Source: an uncultured Candidatus Saccharibacteria bacterium
Lineage (GTDB): Bacteria; Patescibacteriota; Saccharimonadia; Saccharimonadales; Saccharimonadaceae
Assembly (NCBI GenBank): GCA_964404945.1
Contig: CAYOLY010000002.1
Coordinates: 602 to 64,601 of the forward strand
Direction: 5' to 3'
DNA: 64,000 nt
How positions within the stretch are numbered: position 1 is the first letter of the stretch; each line of letters opens with the position of its first letter. Positions 8,779-16,235 of this stretch are shown one piece after another. The notes beneath the pieces are model-generated. The model saw only the letters and a program-made list of their open reading frames with translations, was not told where the DNA came from and made no database searches. The translations under genes were made by a program, and so were the position numbers.

Positions 8779-10020
8779 TTAGGGCTTGTTAATCTGGGTG
8801 TCGTTGCCGTCAGACAGGGCGTCAGCGAGCTCCTGCAGAGCTTCCATGATGCCGGGGTTACAGTCGGCGGCGTCCAGATCTTCGCGGGTCATGATCTGGC
8901 TCAGCATCACGCTCAGATGATTGCAAACACGGACATTGACCAGGATGTGCTGGAAGAAATCCTTCTGCTTCCAGGTCGGCATGTTCTTGTAGTAGGCCTC
9001 GATCTGCCAGGGATGCTCCTTGTTATCGGCGTTGTAGATTGCACCGGGAAGCGGGCAGCCGTTGAGGTTTTGATAGCCAGCAATGTCATCAACGGTGACA
9101 AGCTCCGTCAGCTTTTTGCTGTCACTGGTGCGGCAGGCCCGGATCAGCTCGGCCCAGGTACGGATCTCGCAGGGGCGAAAGTGTAGCAAATCCAGGTGCT
9201 TTGCCCGGGTAGCCAACCACTGCAGCTGAGCGATCAGCAGGTGCCCAGCAGACTTGATGTAGCCCTGCTTGACTTGACTGTCGATCATGGGGACGATTTT
9301 GGCAGGTGAGGCAGCTTCGCGTAGCTCGTCAAAAGTGCTGATGATTACATTCCGATAGTCATAGAGCCGGCCGACAGTATCGGTCTCGGCGTCATAGTGG
9401 ATTTCCGTCAGGTAACGGTTATTAATCTCGGGATCGTTAATCAAAATGCTTTGACGAATCAGCTCCTCCATGATGTAGCGATCGGAGCTGCTGATGCGGT
9501 AGGACGGCTTGCCGTTCAAACTGAGGTTGAAATAGCGGCAGTAGTCGTATTCCCACCGTTTCGACTCATCCAAGGCCAGATACTCGGAGCGGGTGATTTC
9601 CTGCTCGGTATGGAGGTGTCTGATCTTGCGATCGGGCCAGCCGTCGTGGGTCTTGCCGGGCAGAGGACGGAACATTTTGTCTTCCAAGGGATCGCCGTTT
9701 TCGTCGATAGCCTGCCCCAGCATATTGATTTTGGGGAGGTCGAAGATAAAGGCCAGGAAGCTCATCTTGTCCACGTCGTAGAGCTTCAGCATCTGCTGGG
9801 CGTCCTTGCGCCGGCGTGTCCGCTGCTGCTCATCGCTCTGAACCAGGAGCGCGATGATGTGCTGCTGGTTGCTGGTAGAAAGGATGTTGGGGTACTCGCT
9901 GGCCGGAGCCAGCTGCAGGGCAGTTATCATCGACCGGGCGCCCTCGAAAAAGGCGCGGGCCTCGCTGGACTTGGGGTTCTGCAGGTAGTAGCTGAGGTTG
10001 GTACGGATGTTGGTTCCCAT
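8779..10020 (-). CDS. Hypothetical protein (413 aa), GC-rich, foreign-looking
   Basis: Long ORF; AAAGGTGG SD before ATG 10020; spot check 9781-9840 gives 40/60 G+C. No motif recognised. Confidence 0.75.
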   Translation of the reverse strand: MGTNIRTNLSYYLQNPKSSEARAFFEGARSMITALQLAPASEYPNILSTSNQQHIIALLVQSDEQQRTRRRKDAQQMLKLYDVDKMSFLAFIFDLPKINMLGQAIDENGDPLEDKMFRPLPGKTHDGWPDRKIRHLHTEQEITRSEYLALDESKRWEYDYCRYFNLSLNGKPSYRISSSDRYIMEELIRQSILINDPEINNRYLTEIHYDAETDTVGRLYDYRNVIISTFDELREAASPAKIVPMIDSQVKQGYIKSAGHLLIAQLQWLATRAKHLDLLHFRPCEIRTWAELIRACRTSDSKKLTELVTVDDIAGYQNLNGCPLPGAIYNADNKEHPWQIEAYYKNMPTWKQKDFFQHILVNVRVCNHLSVMLSQIMTREDLDAADCNPGIMEALQELADALSDGNDTQINKP

Positions 10021-10310
10021 AGGAATCCACCTTTCTGCGCTGTTCGCGCTCAAAAATATTACGCAACAGAGTTATTGCGCAGACCGGCCATTTTGGAGTG
10101 TGCCCTCTTTTGGCTAGTGGATTTCAAAATAAACGATCTGCACAATAATCTATTGTGAATATTGAATGCGAGATAAATCTATTAGCTGTAAAAGAACGTT
10201 AATGGTGCATACGGGGTATGACCATTAAAGTGTTTGGAGTACTAACGTAAGGCAGTACTCCTTTTCTAGGGACTAGAAAAACAAAATTGCTATTTTAGGC
10301 CCATATCTCC

Positions 10311-10339
10311 ATTGTAGCACAGACTGGCTATTTTGTCAA
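10311..10339 (-). promoter_or_regulatory. Sigma70-type promoter
   Basis: TTGACA-17 bp-TACAAT with TGTG extension, facing the 8779-10020 gene. Confidence 0.75.
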
Positions 10340-10356
10340 TAGTTAAATCATAAGAA

Positions 10357-10557
10357 ATAAGGAAAAATAGTATATCTACTCAAAACCAGTAATAAGGACT
10401 TAGGCTAGCTCTCAATCGAAGGTGGAACTTTTCTCGTAGACTCGCTTACGCTCCCTAAATCGAAAAGCTTCCAGCCTCAGAAGTCAAGCTTCACGATTTC
10501 TAGCTAGCCTAAGTCCTTATTACTCTTCTCAAGCTAGCTTTATTATATTTTCCTTAT
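10357..10557. repeat. MITE-like structured repeat, copy 2 (201 bp)
   Basis: Same ATAAGGAAAA/TTTTCCTTAT ends; internal perfect 23-bp IR (10388-10410 / 10502-10524); core shared with copy 1. Confidence 0.8.
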
Positions 10558-10640
10558 CCCTTTGCTGGTTGTAGGCGTAAGTTTGCTAGCAATATATGCT
10601 TTGCAAAGTTCTAGCATATTGTTCGCCAAACTCCCTATCC

Positions 10641-10863
10641 CTTCATCCTCCCTATGATTACTCTATATGGCTAGACAACGGAGAGAGAAGCCCCAACCAC
10701 GGTTAGCAAAAGAAACGGAATTACCATAATCGACTGTCATACCGTTGCTTCTTAAGGTGAAGGAATTTGCACTATTAATTGCGCTACTAGACCAATAATG
10801 CAAATTCGTACTAGCCTGTTCTACAATGTAGTTATGCCTATTCCCCCTCCCGCTGCGGACGAA
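10641..10863 (-). other. Orphan variable C-terminal cassette C
   Basis: Frame 10863-10663 reads FVRSGRGNRHNYIVEQASTNLHYWSSSAINSANSFTLRSNGMTVDYGNSVSFANRGWGFSLRCLAI*; preceded by SPLF, then in-frame TAA at 10879-10881. Confidence 0.85.
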
Positions 10864-10886
10864 GAAAAGGGGGCTTGCTTAATCCT

Positions 10887-11104
10887 CTTCATCCTTCCTA
10901 TGATTACTCTATGGCTAGACAACGGAGGGGACGACCCCACATGCGTTGGTACCCTGCACTGGTTAGAAAAGTGCCGTTATCTCCTAAGAACTCAATTACA
11001 TAAGCAAAGTTTGCGTTTGAAGCTACCATACTTCTGAGTGTACCTGTTAATGAGGCGTCAAATAATACACCTTGATTTGGTCGAGCATACCCGCTGCGGA
11101 CGAA
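10887..11104 (-). other. Orphan variable C-terminal cassette D
   Basis: Frame 11104-10904 reads FVRSGYARPNQGVLFDASLTGTLRSMVASNANFAYVIEFLGDNGTFLTSAGYQRMWGRPLRCLAIE*; upstream in-frame TAG at 11147-11149, no start. Confidence 0.85.
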
Positions 11105-11105
11105 A

Positions 11106-11121
11106 ACCGAACAACCTGTGA
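11106..11121 (+). repeat. 16-bp motif ACCGAACAACCTGTGA, copy 1
   Basis: Exact reverse complement of 37996-38011; also one arm of the hairpin 11111-11138. Confidence 0.7.
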
Positions 11122-11223
11122 CTAGGATCGCAGGTTGTGAAAAGCGCTAGCGGGAGTAGAAATATGCAGAAAAACGCCAAAACCTGTGCCCCTGATTACA
11201 GCCTGTGCGGCTTTACTAGACTC

Positions 11224-11444
11224 TTCGTCCGCGGCGGATTTGTTAATGTATGGCCGGCTTACGGGCGGGGGAACTCTAGTGTAGTTGGTCAATATTTACG
11301 AGTATGGTCAGATTATAGTGATGGGCGACCATTAATTTTACGCGTTGATGGGGGGATTAGTCTAGAACCATCCAGAGCCGATTCAACACATTTTGGCTTC
11401 TCCCTCCGTTGTCTAGCCATATGAGTAATCAAGGGAGGATGGAA
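11224..11444 (+). other. Orphan variable C-terminal cassette E
   Basis: Frame 11224-11424 reads FVRGGFVNVWPAYGRGNSSVVGQYLRVWSDYSDGRPLILRVDGGISLEPSRADSTHFGFSLRCLAI*; both anchors present. Confidence 0.85.
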
Positions 11445-11451
11445 GTAAAAC

Positions 11452-12867
11452 CTATTTCGAAATGGTAAAACCAGAGAATGAGTTCGCGAGGCCGTGCAAC
11501 TGAGCAAATTCGGCAAAAAGGCGAGCAGTGGCTTGGCTGGGGTCGGTGTCGACGATCGTAACAGCGGAGTCGTTTCGAGGGAGGAAGCTGGCGGCGGAGG
11601 CATAAGCTTCACGCAGGTGTTCGGTATAACGTGGGTCGGCAGTGGCAAAATCTTGCAAAAAGGCTTCTAGAAATTCCTCATCGGTGCGATTCTTGAGAAT
11701 CAGGTTGCTGGTCGGGTATTCTGCACCAAAGCAAAATTCGTAAACATGGTGACGCTGCTCCAGCTTGGAATACTTAGTTTTAGAATCGTCCAGTGCCAAG
11801 ATCAGGCTGACGATTGCACGGAGATTCCAACGCTGGTCAGGACGACTTACGAGTAGCCAAATTAGCGCAGCAGTAAGAACTTTTGGATTAAGGTTTGGCG
11901 CAGTAATAATATTTGAATTCGCGAAACTTTGTGGTAGGAGCGTGATACCCTGGAATTTGATCTCGTCGGCTTTTTCGGAAGCAATGAGAAAAGCTTGTTC
12001 GGGAAAATTTTTCGCCATAAGCCCGAGTCGCGAGAGCTCGGCCGAACGACGATCGCCAAAAAGGTCGATCGGTGGTTGGAGCTTGACTAAAGCATCGATT
12101 TCGCCGACGAATGTGCGTAAGGTGCGGGCACGAAAAGGATGATAGTAAAAGGCCTGGCCGCCAAGTTTGCGGACCGGTAGGATGTCTGAGCGGCGACTGT
12201 CGCCGATATGTAGGTTAGTCTGCAACTTAAAGTCGGTCCCGAAGAGTTGGCCGTCGACGATTTTGCGATAGAGACTACCATCAGATTTATGAGCTTGGCA
12301 GTTTACGCCGCTGACACCATCGTTGAAAATACCGATTTTAAAGAAATCTAAAAAGTATTGAATTTGATCGCGACTATACGGTTCGTCAGTGATGAAATAG
12401 ACTTTGAGTTCAGGCAAAGCCTTTTTAAGCTCGGTGATGGCATGAAGGAGAGCGGTGTTAGGCCTAAGGATTTCGGCGGTGGCTTGAAGCTGGTCACGCA
12501 GCATGGTCTGGTGGATGAGAGTGCGTTTACTGTCGTCAAGCTCAAGATTGTAGCGTTCGGCGATAAAATCGATCATCTGCGAGAAGTTGGTTTCGTAGTC
12601 GACTACAAAATCATTACTGCCTTTTGCGCTACGGAGATAGTTTAGCTCGTGCCGAGTGAATTCATGCCACTCAATTAGTTCGAGCGGGGAAAGTTTAAGG
12701 CCGAGGAGATCAGGGAGGCTTTCGTGCCATTTCTTTGCGACCTTAATCGTGTGCTGTTGCTCTGGCCAATAGCGGTAAAGCAAAACCGTATCAAAAACAT
12801 CCAAAGTTAGGCTTTGGAGGTGACTTTCTCGTATTCTTTTGGCAAGTTGATTATAAATCTGCGGCAT
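11452..12867 (-). CDS. HAD-superfamily hydrolase-like protein
   Basis: Motif I LTLDVFDTVL, KSDGSLY, motif IV LHIGDSRRSD. Confidence 0.7.
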   Translation of the reverse strand: MPQIYNQLAKRIRESHLQSLTLDVFDTVLLYRYWPEQQHTIKVAKKWHESLPDLLGLKLSPLELIEWHEFTRHELNYLRSAKGSNDFVVDYETNFSQMIDFIAERYNLELDDSKRTLIHQTMLRDQLQATAEILRPNTALLHAITELKKALPELKVYFITDEPYSRDQIQYFLDFFKIGIFNDGVSGVNCQAHKSDGSLYRKIVDGQLFGTDFKLQTNLHIGDSRRSDILPVRKLGGQAFYYHPFRARTLRTFVGEIDALVKLQPPIDLFGDRRSAELSRLGLMAKNFPEQAFLIASEKADEIKFQGITLLPQSFANSNIITAPNLNPKVLTAALIWLLVSRPDQRWNLRAIVSLILALDDSKTKYSKLEQRHHVYEFCFGAEYPTSNLILKNRTDEEFLEAFLQDFATADPRYTEHLREAYASAASFLPRNDSAVTIVDTDPSQATARLFAEFAQLHGLANSFSGFTISK

Positions 12868-12994
12868 GCTTCCCTTTGCTTAGAATTATGCCCACCTTGT
12901 TTTAGTATTATAGCACAGATACTAACATACGTCTAGTTGACTTTTTGGTTTGATAATGCTTTAGGCTAAGCAGCTATTATTAGGGCGTACCACG

Positions 12995-14017
12995 TTAGCC
13001 TATCAATTCAATCCAATCCTGGAGGGCGAAGTCCGGTCCCGTGACGGCGGCTGCAGCTAGCTTGACCTTATACTTCTTATACTCCGGGTGACTGGCCAAA
13101 AATGCGATGGCTGCGTAGCGCATTTGGGCTTGCTTCTGAGCTGTAATATTTGCGAGCGCTGCGCCGTGCCGTGAATCTTTGCGATATTTCACTTCAGTAA
13201 AGAAAATAGTCTGCTCAAATGTGGAAATCAGGTCAATTTCGTAGGTTTTGGTCTTAAAGTTTTGAGCGAGAACTTGATGTCCGTGAGCACGGAGATAATC
13301 AGCAACAACTTGCTCGGCGGTTTGTCCGATTTCTGTCGTACAAGGTTTTACACTACGCTGCGACTCTTTCTCAGGAGTACCTACGGCCGAAACGGAGGCC
13401 ATGCCAAGCTCTTGCACGATAGTCATAACTGGCCGAAAGGAACGGCGATGTTCTGGACAAGGGCCGAGCTCGCGCAGAGCGGACTGATGCGCGGCTGTGC
13501 CATAACCGACATGTCTTTCAAAGCCATAACCGGGATTTTTTTCACTAAGTTCGATCATATATTGATCGCGAGCAACCTTGGCGATGATCGAGGCGGCTGA
13601 GACTTCTTTAACTAAGAGGTCGGCCTTCTTTAGCAGGGTGACTTTATCCGTAAGTGGAGTGTTACTAAGCAAATTAATCGTGCCGTCAATAACGATCTCG
13701 TCAAATTTGAGATGCTTTTCCGCGCAAATGGTAAGAATTTGTTTGACGGCGCGCCGAGCGGCAAGCTTCAGTGCTGGGCCGAGGCCGCAATGGTCAATTT
13801 CTGCAGCGGGGACCCAGCCTAGACCGGTGGCGGTGGCTTGTTCCAGAATGAGCTGATTTAGCTCGGTGCGCTTCTTGGCGCTAAGTTTCTTCGAATCGGT
13901 TAACTGGTCGCGAACCTCGGCATCAAAGTCTAGCCCAAGGATAACGGCGCCTACGACAAGCGGCCCCGCCCAGGGGCCGCGTCCGACTTCGTCGATGCCA
14001 AGCAGAATTTTACTCAG
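12995..14017 (-). CDS. rnhB: Ribonuclease HII fused to a YraN (UPF0102) domain, non-canonical start
   Basis: Stop-free frame checked 14023-12995: ILLGIDEVGRGPWAGPLV, DSKKL, IDG, HVGYGT, HRRSF, then GQTAE..NF..EIDLI..FTEVKYR. No ATG/GTG/TTG before the catalytic GIDE; CTG 14017 or ATT 14008 are candidates. Confidence 0.85.
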   Translation of the reverse strand: MSKILLGIDEVGRGPWAGPLVVGAVILGLDFDAEVRDQLTDSKKLSAKKRTELNQLILEQATATGLGWVPAAEIDHCGLGPALKLAARRAVKQILTICAEKHLKFDEIVIDGTINLLSNTPLTDKVTLLKKADLLVKEVSAASIIAKVARDQYMIELSEKNPGYGFERHVGYGTAAHQSALRELGPCPEHRRSFRPVMTIVQELGMASVSAVGTPEKESQRSVKPCTTEIGQTAEQVVADYLRAHGHQVLAQNFKTKTYEIDLISTFEQTIFFTEVKYRKDSRHGAALANITAQKQAQMRYAAIAFLASHPEYKKYKVKLAAAAVTGPDFALQDWIELIG

Positions 14018-14483
14018 CTTTGGCTACCTCTTCGGCTTTAGCTTCGGCCTTCTCGGCGATAGCTTCAGCTTTTTCTTCAACTTTCTCGGCGACAGTTTTT
14101 ACATCGGCAAGAGTATTAGCGGCAACCCGGTCGAAAGCTTTGTTGACCAAGCGAGCCGATTTACCAGAACGTTCACGCAGGAAGGATAGGTTCTTGCGGC
14201 GAACCTTGGCGCGGTGAACGATTTCGATCTTTTCGACGAGGGGGTTATGAATTAAGAAAGATTTCTCGACGCCGACGCCAGAAGCGACCTTGCGGACGGT
14301 GATACGGGCGGTATGCGAATCTTTGCGATCGGTGCGAATAACTACGCCCTCGAACACCTGTGAACGGAACTTTTCACCTTCTTTAATCTTTTGAGTGACA
14401 CGAACAGTGTCGCCCGAGCGAACGTCAACCACAGCAGCTTTTTTCTGGGCGTCGCCATTTTTTTTCAAATCAATCGAACTCAT
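14010..14483 (-). CDS. rplS: 50S ribosomal protein L19
   Basis: GDTVRV, QVFEGVVI, TVRKVASGVGVEKSF; Ala/Glu/Lys-rich tail. Confidence 0.95.
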   Translation of the reverse strand: MSSIDLKKNGDAQKKAAVVDVRSGDTVRVTQKIKEGEKFRSQVFEGVVIRTDRKDSHTARITVRKVASGVGVEKSFLIHNPLVEKIEIVHRAKVRRKNLSFLRERSGKSARLVNKAFDRVAANTLADVKTVAEKVEEKAEAIAEKAEAKAEEVAKAE

Positions 14484-14594
14484 ATTTTAACCTTTATATT
14501 ACAACTTGTTCCATTTTAGCATATTTTTCTAGTTTTGAGAAGGGTGTAAACCGAAATCAGCCCAAATTCCATTCAAAACCAAGCCTATCTTACC

Positions 14595-14623
14595 ATTATA
14601 GCACAGGTGAGAGAAAAAGTCAA
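14595..14623 (-). promoter_or_regulatory. Promoter for rplS-rnhB
   Basis: TTGACT-17 bp-TATAAT with TGTG extension. Confidence 0.7.
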
Positions 14624-14642
14624 TAGAGATCGCTCGGCTCGG

Positions 14643-15227
14643 CTAACGCTGTTTGAGTGCCAGCTTAATCCGCTCTTCGACTGAGAGAGTAGGATCAACC
14701 TCGGCGAGGGCAGCGGTCGCTTCTTTGAGCGGAAAACCTAGAGCGATGAGCGCATCAAGAGCCTCGTCGTCAGGGGCCGTATTACTAGTTAGACTAAACT
14801 TTGTCTCGGTTGCGCCGTAATGGCTAGGTTGTCCGACTTTATCGCGAAGGTCAACGATGACACGTTCGGCAGATTTTTTGCCAACGCCTGAAGCTTTGGC
14901 GATAAAGGCGGCGTCAGTGTTAGCAATCGCGTTGCGTACGTCTTCGGCCGAGCCGAGGCTAAGGATCGCCATGGCGGCTTTCGGGCCGACGCCATTAACC
15001 GAAATTAGCATTTCAAAGAGTTTTTTCGCGGCAAGGCTGAGAAAGCCATACAGCTCCTCGGCGTTCTCGCGCACAGAGTGATAAGTGTAGAATTTTACTT
15101 CATCGTGGAGGTTAGTTTGTTCGGCATCGGGCGCCGAGATTGTCAACTCGTAGCCGACACCATGTACATCGACTATAATCGAGTTCATAAATTTTTCGGT
15201 AACGGTGCCAGCGAGGTGAGCGATCAT
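14643..15227 (-). CDS. ruvA: Holliday junction branch migration protein RuvA
   Basis: DVHGVGYE, LYGF, LISVNGVGPKAA, GVGKKSAERVIVDL, ALIALGF. Confidence 0.95.
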   Translation of the reverse strand: MIAHLAGTVTEKFMNSIIVDVHGVGYELTISAPDAEQTNLHDEVKFYTYHSVRENAEELYGFLSLAAKKLFEMLISVNGVGPKAAMAILSLGSAEDVRNAIANTDAAFIAKASGVGKKSAERVIVDLRDKVGQPSHYGATETKFSLTSNTAPDDEALDALIALGFPLKEATAALAEVDPTLSVEERIKLALKQR

Positions 15228-15571
15228 TTCTGCTTGTGCCCGAGCGCAAGATTAATGATAATAATCAAAACCAAAGCGCCGCCGAGCGCACCAAGCGAGA
15301 CATACATCGGCCACATTTCTGGGTCGCCAGTTTCTTCGGTTTCTTCAGCTGAATCGCCAGCGACCGTGTCATCGTCTGAGCCTACCGGAGCCTCGTCTTT
15401 GGACGGGGTTACGACTTCGCCGTTGTCGACCGATGGGCCGGTTGGTTCGTCGATTTCATTAGTGATGACCGGGTCGGACGCTTCGTCGAGCGCGTAGGCT
15501 GGCGTTACGGCATAGCTAAGACCTAGGCAAGCGACTAGCGCGCCGGCAATAAGCATAGATTTTTGAGACAT
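15224..15571 (-). CDS. Small exported acidic protein with C-terminal membrane anchor (115 aa)
   Basis: GGAGG SD before ATG 15571; signal peptide, D/E/P/T-rich linker, C-terminal TM plus HKQK. Confidence 0.7.
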   Translation of the reverse strand: MSQKSMLIAGALVACLGLSYAVTPAYALDEASDPVITNEIDEPTGPSVDNGEVVTPSKDEAPVGSDDDTVAGDSAEETEETGDPEMWPMYVSLGALGGALVLIIIINLALGHKQK

Positions 15572-15627
15572 GAATAACCTCCTTAAATATATTTCTATCT
15601 TAACATACTGCCTGCAGCGAGGCAATC

Positions 15628-16104
15628 CTAAAACGGTGACGATTGATTCTTCGAGACGAACGAATGCACGATCGCCACGGCGAGGGCATCGGCGGCATCG
15701 TCGGGTTTTGGCGCGGTTTTGAGTTTGAAATGGAGCCGAACCATTTCTTGCATCTGGGCCTTATGAGCGTGGCCGTCGCCGGCAATAGCCATTTTAATCT
15801 GGTTCGGTGCATATTCATAGATAGGCAAGCCGCACTGTTTAGCAACTAATAAGCAAATGCCACGCGCTTCGGCGACGGAGATGCCGGTAGTGATATTTTG
15901 CTTAAAAAACAGTTTTTCGATCGCCATGACCTCTGGGTGGTCTTGTTTAATAATCTCGTGGAGCGAGTTATAGATATCTTCGAGCCGGTCGGGCAAAGGA
16001 GTGTGCGGCGGGGTGGAAATTACGCCATAGTCAAGCGCTTTCGTGCCTTCAATCATGCCAAAGCCACAGATGCCGGTGCCAGGGTCGATACCTAGAATCC
16101 TCAT
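15628..16104 (-). CDS. ruvC: Crossover junction endodeoxyribonuclease RuvC
   Basis: MRILGIDPG, AIEKLFF, DDAADALA; GGAGG SD before ATG 16104. Confidence 0.95.
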   Translation of the reverse strand: MRILGIDPGTGICGFGMIEGTKALDYGVISTPPHTPLPDRLEDIYNSLHEIIKQDHPEVMAIEKLFFKQNITTGISVAEARGICLLVAKQCGLPIYEYAPNQIKMAIAGDGHAHKAQMQEMVRLHFKLKTAPKPDDAADALAVAIVHSFVSKNQSSPF

Positions 16105-16124
16105 AAAATATGCCTCCAAACGCC

Positions 16125-16235
16125 AACTACTCTTACGACTTTTCTCGAGGCGCGTCGCCACATCCCGCCGTTGCGGGTGTGGCGCGCTACTCCTCGTCGT
16201 AACTCCGGATCCTCGAGAAAAGTATAAGAGTAGTT
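16125..16235. repeat. 111-bp nested palindromic REP/MITE-like element
   Basis: AACTACTCTTA/TAAGAGTAGTT outer IR, CTTTCTCGAGG/CCTCGAGAAAAG middle IR, CGCCACATCCCGC/GCGGGTGTGGCG inner stem. Confidence 0.65.

Noticed and set aside
9397-10158. 253-aa + strand ORF (also 59371-60036 and 59786-60352)
   Set aside because: Antisense shadows of GC-rich genes whose own strands have SD, promoter and terminator support.
10641-11444. CRISPR array reading of the alternating conserved/variable blocks
   Set aside because: Variable parts are about 160 nt and stay in frame, there are two different conserved blocks, orientation is mixed, and there are no cas genes.
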